Notes: generated by a model from the sequence alone, not told the origin. A stretch of 64,000 nucleotides of DNA from Macrostomum hystrix (GCA_950097015.1 CATNEN010000030.1:3224001-3288000), one strand, 5' to 3'. Shown: positions 1 to 11,984, numbered from the stretch's first letter. Made by a program: numbers and translations.

Positions 1-20
1 AATTCAATGGGTAATCAGTA

Positions 21-188
21 GGACAATCTTAATCCGTGGGTTTATCTGTGGGATAATCTTAATCCGTGGGTTTATCAGTCGGATAATCTTAACCCATGGG
101 TTTTTTAGTGGGAAAATCTTAATCCACGGGTTTATCAGTGGAAAAAACTTCATCCACGGGTTTATCAGTGGGATAATCTAAATCCATG
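21..188. repeat. 30-bp minisatellite (aatccgtgggtttatcagtgggataatctt), INPP5F intron 3
   Basis: About 5.5 diverged copies visible. Confidence 0.85.
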
Positions 189-203
189 GCTCCAAAATCT
201 CAC

Positions 204-3200
204 CTGCACCAGCTGCTCAGTCACTACATAGTTAGCTACGTATCCGTTCTCGTCGACGCCCCGCTTTTGAAAACGCGTACCAGCCCGGTGCTTGCTGCGC
301 CGACTAATCAGCGACAGGCTAATATTGACTGGATCGCGCCGCTCGGATGGGCCGATAGACAGGCTGCAACAGTCCACGAAGCCTTGAATCACGGGCAGGA
401 TGACGGCGGCCGCGTTGGCATTGCCGTTATCCGCCTCCAGCATCAGGTCGGACAGCATCGCCTGGTTCCAGAAGAAGTCTCGCTTGCACCGCCTGCACGG
501 CGGCTCGTCGCGTTGATAATAAACGGAATTCTGCTGCTGCAGGGTGCTGGTGAGGTCCGCCCCGTCCGGACTAAAGTAACAGCCGTCGCAGAATAGGCGC
601 AACACCTCCTCCATCACCTTGGTGCATGATGCATGGTGGAGTGGAATTCTTAAAAAACTAATCAAGCAATCACCGTTCAATGCCAGTCAATATACAGTCA
701 ATTTTGACTTATTAATGGCATGTTAATGTCAATACATCAACCAATCAATCAGCGATCAATGTCAACCCTTCAATCAGTGGTCAATGTCAATCGATTAATC
801 AGTGGTCAATGTCAATCCATCAATCAGCGGTCAATGTCAACGCCTGTCAAGTCATCAATCAGCGGTCAATGTCAACGCCTGTCAAGTCATCAATCAGCGG
901 TCAATGTCAACGCCTGTCAAGTCATCAATCAGCGGTCAATGTCAACGCCTGTCAAGTCATCAATCAGCGGTCAATGTCAACGCCTGTCAAGTCATCAATC
1001 AGCGGTCAATGTTGCAAAGCAAGTTCAATGTTTGCTGTAAGCATTGCAAAATTTTCACCCCAAATAAATATGCACCTTCCGAGTGACTCGCTCTTTGCCA
1101 ACGGCTAGATCGTCACGTCGACGCAGGCTGCTGAAATTCTCTACTGCGGCAGTCCGCAACTGCTGAAAAGCCTTGGTGAACGCCTTGCTAGGAGGCTCTT
1201 CCAGGCCAACAGCGCTAAGGATGCGCTGCTGCTGCTGCTGCTGTGACTGCTGTTGAGGCTGTTCAGTTTGTTGGCTCCGGGACTGTGGGAAATCAAATGA
1301 GCCTTCACAATTCTAAGGGAACAATCTGCTCTTTCAACAGACTGCCACAATCTGATCATCCAATGAACAGCCGCAATCTGGTCCTTCAATGAACTGCCAC
1401 AATCTGTTCCTTCAATGAACTGCCACAATCTGGTCCTTCAATGAACTGCCACAATCTGGTCCTTCAATGAACTGTCACAATCTGGTCCTTCAATGAACTG
1501 TCACAATCTGGTCCTTCAATGAACTGTCACAATCTGGTCCTTCAATGAACTGCCACAATCTGGTCCTTCAATGAACTGCCACAATCTGGTCCTTCAATGA
1601 ACTGCCACAATCTGGTCCTTCAATGAACTGTCACAATCTGGTCCTTCAATGAACTGCCACAATCTGGTCCTTCAATGAACTGCCACAATCTGGTCCTTCA
1701 ATGAACTGCCACAATCTGGTCCTTCAATGAACTGCCACAATCTGGTCCTTCAATGAACTGCCACAATCTGGTCCTTCAATGAACTGCCACAATCTGGTCC
1801 TTCAATGAACTGCCACAATCTGGTCCTTCAATGAACTGCCACAATCTGGTCTTTCAATGAACTGCCACAATCTGGTCCTTCAATGAACTGCCACAATCTG
1901 GTCCTTTTTTACTAATTAAATATATATAAATTAGTTATGGCTAGCTATATCAAGTTTAGCAATACGAGCGTATTATCAAAAATATACTTTAAAATACGGA
2001 CACAACGCTAATCATTCTATATAAAACTTGGCTGCGGTAAAAGTACATTTCAGAAATGGAAACTCCGGCGCAAAAAACAGGATGTGCAGGAAATTCACAC
2101 TTTAGCACACACACACAATCCAATATCAACTAAGCCAATACCGAAAGTTAAATTTCGAACTAAATGGTTTCGCTTCTAGTGATTCAGTTTAATGAAATGC
2201 TAGAAATCAGACTACACGTTAGCTTTCCATTCAGAACAAATACAAATACGAACGAAAGTGAAATTTCACTCAGCCCTATCTGAGAGTAAAACTATACATT
2301 TCTAGCTCCTAATCGAAGCCTACAAACTGTTAATAAATCAATAATGGCACACTATCTATATTTTTGGATTCACACTGAGTTAGAGAGAATGCGCTGCTCT
2401 TGCACTGTCATAGTTTTACAACCTTTCTTTTGGCTATGCTCAATGGTATGCGTTTTTTCTATATCTATAGCACTGCTTATATTAAGAATATAATAAGCCC
2501 AGTCATATTATTGACTATTCTAATCAGCCGTTCGAAATCGATTAGTTTTATACGCTTGCAAACCGTATAGTGTTCTATAGTGTTCTTCCACTGCTAATCC
2601 AACTGAGGCTCATTATACATGTGTGTCACTAAATGCCCATAATAAACACAGCGAACTGTGGATAGAACTCAGGACGTTTGATGCCAGTTTCTATTCTATG
2701 TTTTGTCCCAAAGGTCGTGAGTTCGAATCATATTGCGAGATCAAAATTTGCTGTCGGAACATTTTTTACTTTGTTTTGCCACTGTAAATTGCTGGATTCA
2801 ATTGCAAGACTGTGGTCTATACCGGGTCTGAGTATAAAAATCTAATGTTCGAGGCGTCGAACTAAAAACCTTAGCAGTAGAAATACCACGGGGGGTTATC
2901 TGTTTAATTTCTAATTTTTTCCGATGAGACCAACTTCCAGAATCATAAAATATCGACATCGTCGAGATATTCAACGATTCGCGTGTCGTGTAACCATGTC
3001 GGCTATTATTTCTAATTAAATTGTATTGATTAGATTGTTAATTCTTTTATTATTGAACCAATATGGATCTTCCATAGAGGTTCATACAGAGCAATGTTAG
3101 TTGTCCTTGTCATCAGGCTCTTCGACAAGAATCGCTGAATATCTCGACAATGCTGATGTTGGAAAAGGGTGAAAAATATTTATCCATATGGTGGACTTTC

Positions 3201-3745
3201 ACGAAAATCGGTCATTCGGTTAGGGAGCTATCGTGAATTAGGCTGTTGGATTTGCTTGAATAGGGACAGTCGGCACCCACCGGATGAGATTGGCAGGTCT
3301 CCAAGCAGAGATCCGCAGGCTCGGCTGATGTCAGTGGCACGCTGACCACCTTGGCGATGCGACGCACAGTGCCGCCAGTTGGATAGCGCATGACAAACTC
3401 GCTTTTAGTGACCAGCAGCATGTGAAATTCGTCGCTATCGTCATATCGCAGCTTCCCTAATAGGGCCTCGCAGCAGCCTAGGCAGACGGGGTTGGCATAT
3501 TGAGACAGGCAGTCCCGCCCGCTGCCAGGATAAGCCGATAGATTAGCGTGAATCCGGCTGCACACAATGGCTATGTTATCACTGGTTAATAGAATGTAGT
3601 TCTCCTTAGTCTGGAAGACTTCAATAGCTGGCGTCGAATGGTCTGGCGACTGGCCACCGCCTGCACTGCTCAGCGCCGATTCGCTATTAGACATGCAGAT
3701 TGATGGCGGCGTTGGCGACGGGGTAGCCCGCAACAGTCCAGCCAT
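204..3745 (-). CDS. INPP5F: SAC2/INPP5F-type SAC-domain phosphoinositide phosphatase, 5' part; exons 3745-3281, 1282-1076, 617-204; gene continues beyond the left edge
   Basis: Exon 1 (IEVFQTKENYIL...NPVCLGCCEALLGKL...DLCLETCQSH) resembles the INPP5F N-terminus. Exon 3 has the SAC motifs FFWN, IQGFV and LISRRSKHRAGTRFQKRGVDENGYVANYV(V)TEQ. Exon 2 (207 nt, SRSQQTEQPQQQ...KERVTRK) was found by hand. All junctions are GT-AG, phase 0. Confidence 0.88.
740..1010. repeat. 35-bp minisatellite (tcaatcagcggtcaatgtcaacgcctgtcaagtca), INPP5F intron 2
   Basis: About 5 perfect copies plus degenerate leading copies. Confidence 0.9.
1365..1905. repeat. 26-bp minisatellite (aactgccacaatctggtccttcaatg), INPP5F intron 1
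   Basis: About 20 near-identical copies. Confidence 0.95.
2875..3240. mobile_element. Second, inverted and truncated copy of the 9283-9828 MITE family (INPP5F intron 1)
   Basis: cagtagaaataccacgggggg matches the right end of the 9283-9828 copy; 3080-3235 is the reverse complement of about 9350-9540. Confidence 0.7.
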
Positions 3746-4905
3746 GGCTACTCAGAGTGGTTCCAGTCAGTCGATATGCTTTTAGCTTACAGGTGACAAT
3801 TTGATATTTTAATATATATAATTCTTACTGAGAAAAGTTATACATAGCAACGACTATTGTCACACTGTTTTGAGTATCTAAAATGATTGATTTAGCTAGA
3901 CTATTCTGACTGATATTGAATTCAATTTTTAGGCTCAGATTAACAAATTGATACATTGCATGGCATAGATTGCATTTCATACACATTACATGCTCTAAAA
4001 AGCAACTTAAATGTGTTAGCAGCACTTGCAAGCCTTGGACACAAAGCAAAAACTTATACTTTTATTGAAAACTTTTTCTATTTTCATGGGTAAAATTTAT
4101 ATCACTAGAAAAAGCAAAAAGTTTTGATTGAAGGTAGGCCTATGCAATTTTCTGTTTCAAATTTGAGAAACAATGCTGTGATTGGTGAAATACAATGACA
4201 AACACAAACTTTTTGGTATTTTGTTTCAGTAAATGTACAATTTTAGATAGACTACAAAGGTGAGATAAGGCCATCAATTAGTTTTTTAGATATTGCCATT
4301 GGCATATAATAGAGAATAGGTTAGGTGGGATGTCATTGTGGTTGAAAACAAGCTATGGAAGGTCTGATTTATTAAAAGAAATATATAAGTGCAGTCAATA
4401 GGCAGAAAAAGGCACAGTGCTCATATTCTTAAACAAAAAACAATTACCATGAAAATATAAGAAATATATTACAAATAGAGCTGGCCAGGGTTAACTTACT
4501 ATCCTCAAATGGATAGTACAGAGTTCTTTTGATTTGAGTTTCTAGGTAGCTATGTTTACTTTAGATCATTTACGTCAAGTATTTTTCCTTACTGATAAAA
4601 TGTTAATAATGATTTTTTCTTTGAAATGAATTTTAATACTATGAATTTTTATTCTGAGTTGCTAGGATTTGCTCCAAGAATTTGCACTTTTTGACTTCTC
4701 CACACTTCTGGCTACAATAGGCCTATGACTGGTCAAACTGGTGGCACATACTTTGTTGTACCAATTTGTTGTAGCACAAATTTGCAAGAATTTGTTAAAT
4801 CAACTAACAATGGAGTTGAAAATCTCATTGTTTAATAATAACAGTTATAACACCTTAAGTGTGAATCACACTTGGACAAGTAAATAAGAAGTAGATAGGG
4901 CCTAG

Positions 4906-5370
4906 GGTCCCAGGTCATTTCGGTGACAAGACATTTCGGTGACAGTCATTTCGGTGACAGAATTGGTCAGTTTGGTGACAACTATTTTTGCACCTAAATA
5001 TGTTAAGAAAACAGCCTTCCACGATCCAGCAGCTGCTTGAAGCCTGCACTCGCCTTGTCAATCCAAAACTTGAAAAATGATTATTATACACATTTAATTA
5101 GGAACGAATAACTATTGAAACTATTGACTACTCATTAAAAAATTTAATAATTTAACTCATTTAAAGTAAAACCCAGACTTTAACATAGCGATGCAGCTTC
5201 TTATTAATACTTTTAGCATTATTTAATTAATATTTTATATGTGTGCATAGTTAAAATGGAAGGCTGTTTTTAGCATATTTAGGTGCAAAAATAGTTGTCA
5301 CCAATCTGACCAATTGTGTCACCGAAATGACTGTCACCGAAATGTCTTGTCACCGAAATGACCTGGGACC
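4906..5370. mobile_element. Non-autonomous DNA transposon (MITE), about 115-bp TIRs, 8-bp TSD
   Basis: The left TIR ggtcccaggtcatttcggtgac...cagccttcc (4906-5020) is the near-perfect reverse complement of 5258-5370. It contains three CATTTCGGTGACA subrepeats. GGGCCTAG flanks both ends (4898-4905, 5371-5378). Confidence 0.9.
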
Positions 5371-6236
5371 GGGCCTAGGGTTCAATGGCCATTTTGGTAA
5401 AAATTTGCTTGGTCCCCCTCACTATCTTTTGGGTCCTTCTGCATAAGGGGCGGTTTCCCACACCCCCTGGTTGCGCCAGTGCATATTTGACAAGGTAGGA
5501 CCTTGTCCTTACCTTACCTAGTACCTAGGTCCTATTTAATTAGCTTTGCGTGCATACAATTTTTGTCAAAATACTAAGAAAGTAATAGATAGATACTAAA
5601 GAACATTTTAGTATAGTATATTAAAAACGATTACGGTTCTTACTGAACTTAGTCAGAATCAGAAATACTTTCTCAAAGTTATGTCATATTATTAATGTGG
5701 ACCAGAGGCTGGCTGAGAGGCAGAGCATGTTATTAATGTAAATAGATCCATTAACTCAGACGAAACTTATGAATTTCGAAGTGTTTACTGTTTTAAATAG
5801 AAACTGTATAAGTGTACACAGCAATTTAGGCCATAGGTATTGTATGCCTTAGATACTTGGAACCATACTGCCTAGCGCATATACCCAGAAGGCCTAGTAG
5901 TAGTCGGAACTGGTTACTGCAGAATAATAAATTACTTTAAATCGTTCGCAAAATGAGAAATCACGCCTTTACGAATACAAAGCAAAAAAGTTAAAGTTTT
6001 TTGTGTATAAGCCCATGTTCATGTTTAGGAAATAAAAATACGCTCTAATTTGTTTAGTTGTTTCTGTTGTCATAAATAATTTTAACTTGTTTTACTCATC
6101 TGCCGTTGCGTATGTAAAGCGTATTTTTCAAAAGGCAATTTCTGCGCTATTTAGTCCCTACAATAGATGTGTATCATGTTGTACAAAAGTTTTTTGTTGC
6201 CGTGTACTGTCACTTTGAAATAACTTGTCCTTTAAA

Positions 6237-9200
6237 ATGAGCGTCGTTGCCGAGCTAAGTGCTCGAGACAGAGAATTTGTCACCGATTTAAGAAAGCAGA
6301 TCCAGCTGGATCTCTCAAATATTAATGAACTTACAAAAGCAAGAGAGTATGAGATTTACAAAGAAGCTTTTGACAAGGTATGCAATGCATTATTTTTTGT
6401 ACACTAAGTATATTAAGACCTTCTCTTCTAAGAAATTGTAAAGTACTGCAGATTGTTTCGATTCGCTTTTTCATACTTTTTTTACTTTTTATATTTTCAT
6501 ATATTAAATATGCAAAACTAGCTTAAAATACTTCATTATAAAAACATACATTAAAAGCTGGTTCAAACTTGATTCAAGAAGCTTTAATCAAATGATTTTA
6601 GCTCACTAAAAGCTGAGCATTTTTCGTTTTCAAATGTTTTTTTATTTTTTCGCTTTTTGAACTATTATATACATTTGCAGATTATCGGCTATGTGACGTC
6701 ATACAGACCCCTGCTGACTGCCATCAAAGCCGAGTACGAAGAGGTAGTTGACTCAATAGTTCGCGGGCATCGTGAAGCGCAGAGTCTTGAAATGAAAGTC
6801 GAGAGCATCGCTGCGGTGATGCCCAACCTGCAGAACTACAAGCGCCGTTGCGCCGAACTCGAAAGTCGGTAAGGAAGCATTCCTCTGCAAGCAAGTCATA
6901 TTAGGAAAAAAAATCACTTCACATTGTCCATTTACACAATGCAGGATTGAGTCGCTGAAGGCACAGGAGCGCCAGGCGCAGGCGGCCATAAACGAACTGC
7001 GCGAGGCCCGGTTGAGAGCGCGCGAGCAGCGCCGTCAAGAGGTTGAGGCTCGCGAGGCTGCCAGGAAGGCGAAGCCGCCGCTTCGGCGACGATTGCCGCC
7101 AGGTGCGCTTGAGGGCTTGAAAATAATGAAACTGGAATGCTGGATTCCAAGTTTTTCAATAGAATATTTCTCTCGTCTCTACCCTGTCTTATCTCTCCCT
7201 CTCTCATCTATCTCCCATCTGATCTGTCCCGCATCTCATCTCTCCTGTCTTATCCCTCGCCCCTCTCATCTCTCCCTATCTCATCTGTACTGGAGCAATC
7301 CAAAAAAAGGCCGATAGCTAGTAGCCAATTATGCTGTGCTCAAAAACGGTAGGCAAATCGCGCTCACCAACCACTTTAACCGGAGGGGGGAACCTCCACA
7401 CGTTTATTATATAATTCAGTGCAAAAGGCTAAAACGGAGGGGTGGGTGGACGATGCCACTGCACAATGCGAACGAGGGTTAGAGAAACAAGGTGAGTGCG
7501 CAGAGTGGAAGCGAGCGTACAGTAATTGTAAATAACGTAGATTTAAATAAGCATACAGCGAGTCAGCGACCAATCATACCACCTGCCTCCCGAACATCAT
7601 CTGTCTCCCATCTCGTCTCTCCCGCATCTAATCTCTCCCCTGGCTGATCAACCAACCAATAGCCCAACCAACTCGACAGGCATGACCCTAGACGAAGTGA
7701 CAGACGCAGCTAGCCTGACAGCGGAGAAAGCCCGTATGGATCGTCAGCTGCGCCAGCTGCGGCACAAGGCGGAGACGCAGTACGTCAGCCGGGAGCGCAC
7801 GGACCAGCTGCGGCAGACTCTGTTAGATAAAATTCGTCGCAAAGAGGAGCTGGAGGCCGCGCTGCAAGTTGAACGGCTTCGACAACAGATTGTCCGTCTG
7901 GCTGGCCGGGCCGCCGATGAGTTTGAGCAGTGCCCGCCGCCCGGACTCAGCCTGGCCGGGGCCATTCTGATGGCTGCGCGGCGGCACTGGCCCAGCGTGC
8001 GACGACGACCTGCTGCCGGCGGCGACTTGTCGGAGAGAGGTTCGGAGGAATAAATGAGTCTCAGTGACAATCACATTTTTGCGCTTCGTTAAAAAATTCC
8101 AGCGGCTGTAATCTTTGACATATGAAATCTTAGACTGATTCTCATCGTGGCATTTTGGGACTGGCTGGCACGTCGTCATCCTACCTCTTGATCCCCACTA
8201 TGCAACTCTCGATCCCTACATCCTACCTCTTGATCCCCACTGTTCTAACTCTTGATTCTACATCCTGACTCTTGATCCTTACATCCTAACTCTTGATCCT
8301 TGCATCCTAACTCTTGATCCTTACATCCTAACTCTTGATCCTTGCATCTTAACTCTTGATCCCTACATCCTACCTCTTGATCCCCATTGTTCTAACTCTT
8401 GATTCTACATCCTGACTCTTGATCCTTACATCCTAACTCTTGATCCTTGCATCCTAACTCTTGATCCTTACATCCTAACTCTTGATCCTTGCATCCTAAC
8501 TCTTGATCCTTACATCCTAACTCTTGATCCTTGCATCTTAACTCTTGATCCCTACATCCTAACTCTCAATCCACTCATTTCGATTGTCGATCTCCGCGCA
8601 CAGTGCCTGACAGCAACGCTGACGTATCGGGCGCCGACCCAGCCCATCGGGCCGAAGCGGACAAGGCGGCCGAGTGTCTGGACAGATTTCGCGAGCTTCT
8701 GGCAGCCGGCGACCTGCCAGCAGCGGCGGGCCACGCTGCTAACAGTTATCGCGGCCTACTACGCACAATGGATGCGCTGCAAAAGTTCAAACACCTGGAA
8801 ACCAGGTGCCCGGGCCTTCTATTGGCCTACTGCGAGGCCCTATTGGCCACTGTGCCACTGTACGAGGGTCGGCTGGGCGCTGAGCTCAGCTTTGAATGCG
8901 TGGCAGAAGCGCTGGCCAGGCAAGTATTGCATTTTATTATTTCCTATCTGTTATTGTTTACTTAACTATCGGCAGCTTTAAACCAATTGTGTCAGAGATC
9001 GCGTCGACTTAGTCGAGCATTGGACAACCAACGATCTGCTGACACTGACGGACCCGATTGGCGACCTGCTGGCCGATCACGGCGACTGTCGGCCAGGACA
9101 GGCAAGTCGGAAGCTTGCTAATTTTCTTCAGTTGTTTGTTGCGCTTTTGCAATTGTAGTTTAGTGACTATAACTATCAAATTGCGCTCGTAGGATTATAG

Positions 9201-11338
9201 CTAAGCTCCAACCATTTGGCAGTCTTTATTACTACTACTAGTAGTACACCTTAGTACCGGGAGCTTGTAGCTCAGAAGTTAACAGTCGAAAGACAGCTAT
9301 TTTACCCCTGGGGAAATACCGCGGGGTATTTAAAATACCCGCTGCCTACTTCACGATAGCTCCCAAACCAAATGACCGATTTTCGAGAAAGTCCACCGAT
9401 TGAATCGAAATTTTCCACCCTTAACAATGAGCTAACTTTCAAAGCCGTCCGACGTCAGCATCGTCGAGATATTCAGCGATTCTTGTCAAAGACCCAGGTG
9501 ACAAGGACAACTAACATTGCTCTGTTCTCTATGGCGAATTCATATTGGTCAGTAATGAAAAATTAACAATTTAGTTAACCCAAAATAGTCAACAATGATA
9601 GCTGGCATTGCTTTCTTTGTGGTTCTTGTCACCAGACACTCCGACCAGAATCATTGAATGTCTCGACGATGCCGATGTCTCGTGATTCTGTAAGTTGTTT
9701 CATCGGATATTAGCATAAAATTTTAGCCCTCGTTCTGGACTTTCATGACGATTGGTTGAATATTTTGTGAGATCCAGAAAAAAGAAAAAATGTGGCCCTT
9801 GAAATTACCCCCCGTGGTCTTTCTACTGTTAAAGAATCGGATTTTCATCACGTAATCAATGGGTCGGGAGTTCGAATCTGAGCCCCTGGGAGTAAATTAC
9901 ATCCTTTGTTTACTTTTGTTTACTTTGCTTCAGCTCACCCAGCTCAGCTGTAAAATTGGTATGGATGTAGTGCCCCCCAGTCCATGGACTGAACATTTTT
10001 ACGCTAACATTTTTATCTAGGCCCAGCGCAGCTTTGAGCTTGCTCACGTTATCTTCGACCGAACCGCGGCAGCGTCGACTGACTCAGCCAGCCTGGCTAG
10101 CGGTGTCCGCGCCGTTGAGTGCCTGGTGCGCGCCGGGCGCGCCGAAGCAGCCGTCGCCTACGGCGTTGCCACAGCCGGTCTCGGTGCCAGTCCGTTCCGC
10201 CAGCTGCTGCAGCGTCAGCCGAGCGTGGAACTGGCCCTGCATCTGGTCGGCTACGGCTGCCTGACTGTCGGCGATGCGATCGGCTGCTTCTACGCCATGG
10301 AGGCCTGGGTTGAGTTAGGCTGGCTGGCCGACTCGCTCATCCAGAAGGTGGCGGAGGAGTCGGGTGAGTCAGCCCGATGATGCTAAGATTACTACTGGCG
10401 ACAGACCTTCTTTTTTAGTACTCGATGAACGTCACTCGATTTATGATGAGAGCACACAGCCGTTGTGATGGGAGTCATTTATGATGGTCATTCACTGCTT
10501 GGGACTGTCATTCTCTATGACTGCTTGGGACTGTCATTCTCTATGACTGCTTGCGATGGTCATTCTATATGACTGCTTTGGATGGTCATTCTCTATGTCT
10601 GCTTGGGATGATGATTCTCTATGACTGTTTAGGATGGTCATTCTCTATGACTGCTTTGGATGGTCATTCTCTATGACTGTTTGGGATGGTCATTCTATAT
10701 GACTGTTTAGGATGGTCATTCTCTATGACTGCTTGGGATGGTCATTCTCTATGACTGTTTAGGATGGTCATTCTCTATGACTGTTTAGGATGGTCATTCT
10801 CTATGACTGCTTGGGATGGTCATTCTATATGACTGTTTAGGATGGTCATTCTCTATGACTGTTTAGGATGGTCATTCTCTATGACTGTTTAGGATGGTCA
10901 TTCTCTATGACTGTTTAGGATGGTCATTCTCTATGAATACTTGGAGAGGTTCATTTTAACAGTCATTTGAAGTCATTTCAACAGTAATTAACAGTCAATA
11001 CTGTTTCTGGCACATTCTTAACAAAGGATGAGAATGAAGGAAATTACTCAGTGAACATTTCTAGGAAATGGTCCATGACCATTCGCTATGAGAAGGTGAG
11101 ATGAAAAGTTAATAGTCACTAGTTACAATCTTACCCACGCGTAGGCCTGATGACTCAGCAAGCCGCACTCAAACTGATGGAGGACAACGCCGAGGTGCCA
11201 GCCTCCGTGTGGACGGAAATCGCCCGCCAGGCGCCCGAGGACATGCGCCATCTGAACGAGCTGTTTACCTCGTCAGTGGTGTTCGATGCCTTCAGCAGGT
11301 CGCTGTCCACCATGCAAAGAGAGTTCTCACTGCACTGA
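6237..11338 (+). CDS. CLHC1: Clathrin heavy chain linker domain-containing protein 1, about 601 aa; exons 6237-6377, 6681-6868, 6945-7102, 7680-8039, 8604-8919, 8996-9101, 10021-10363, 11145-11338
   Basis: The spliced protein follows human CLHC1 as recalled: YEIYKEAFDK|IIGYVTSYRPLLTAIKAEY; PPGMTLDE; CLDRFRELLAAGDLPAAAGHAANSYRGLLRT; RVDLVEHWTTNDLLTLTDPIGD. All seven junction phases close to an open 1806-nt CDS; introns 5 and 6 need GC donors. Confidence 0.87.
7170..7640. repeat. Degenerate pyrimidine-rich (tctcatctctccc-like) tracts at both ends of CLHC1 intron 3
   Basis: Tracts at about 7170-7290 and 7595-7640. Confidence 0.55.
8175..8575. repeat. 21-bp minisatellite (catcctaactcttgatcctt[a/g]), CLHC1 intron 4
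   Basis: About 18 copies. Confidence 0.9.
9259..9998 (+). mobile_element. SINE family 1 copy split by the MITE insertion (CLHC1 intron 6)
   Basis: Removing 9283-9832 rejoins gtagctcagaagttaaagaatcgg...gggagttcgaatc. CORE-like cagctgtaaaattggt and cagtccatggactgaac follow. Confidence 0.7.
9283..9828. mobile_element. MITE with CAGT(C/A)GAAAGAC termini, TTAA (or TA) TSD, inserted in a SINE
   Basis: TTAA|cagtcgaaagac ... gtctttctactg|TTAA. Internal inverted segment gcatcgtcgagatattca (~9458) versus tgaatgtctcgacgatgc (~9655). Confidence 0.8.
10480..10940. repeat. 26-bp minisatellite (gactgtttaggatggtcattctctat), CLHC1 intron 7
   Basis: About 17 copies. Confidence 0.9.
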
Positions 11339-11606
11339 CACTAAGCTTTGGCGTTTGACTATCGTATCTGTATTTACTTCTCCTTGGTTTGCCATTTCGC
11401 GCGCCCTTTTAATGTACTCTCTCCTCTCTCCACTTGACTGTTCAATTTATTTAATAGCCTTTTTCTCTCTCTCGGCTCTGATTGGCTATCACCTCGTCTC
11501 TCTTTCCTTCCCTTGCGTTTCATATATTACCTCTGGCCCGTCCTCGCATATGTTACGCTCAGTTAAACTTAAATATATTTTGACTCTCAGCCTGAAAGGT
11601 CTCACT

Positions 11607-11651
11607 GCCGTATTGTCGGGCTCTTTCTGCAAAGACTCAATTTATTGCATA
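11607..11651 (+). other. Degenerate spliced-leader (SL)-like sequence
   Basis: GCCGTATTGTCGGGCTCTTTCTGCAAAGACTCAATTTATTGCATA aligns without gaps (38/45) to the Macrostomum lignano SL as I recall it (GCCGTAAAGACGGTCTCTTACTGCGAAGACTCAATTTATTGCATG). The reference is from memory and needs verification. Confidence 0.6.
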
Positions 11652-11673
11652 AGAAATCAACGTGAAATTATGG

Positions 11674-11679
11674 AATAAA
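11674..11679 (+). terminator. Likely CLHC1 polyadenylation signal
   Basis: AATAAA about 335 nt after the stop codon, followed by a T-rich downstream element (ttatttttttattcttt). Confidence 0.4.
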
Positions 11680-11984
11680 TAAGATGTTTTAAAATTATTT
11701 TTTTATTCTTTATATTATTCTGCACTTTTTCATCGAAATAAAATGGACAGATTGCTAAAAATATCCCATAACGCTATCATTGGTGATCGGGGAGATTGTA
11801 AGTCCAGTGATGTTAATAATAATAACAATAACAATAATAATTGCAGGCGGACTGTGGGCAATGGCACATCATTTGGTGATAAAAGATTCGCTGACTCCTG
11901 AGCACACACGCACACAGATACCGCCATTTTGTTAATAAAAGTAATAGTTGATTACGCCTGCCTCAAATTACATGTAGGTCAAAT

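Noticed and set aside
1141-1428. ORF-track 95-aa ORF
   Set aside because: Wrong frame; the INPP5F exon (1282-1076) uses another frame, and the ORF's 5' part is satellite.
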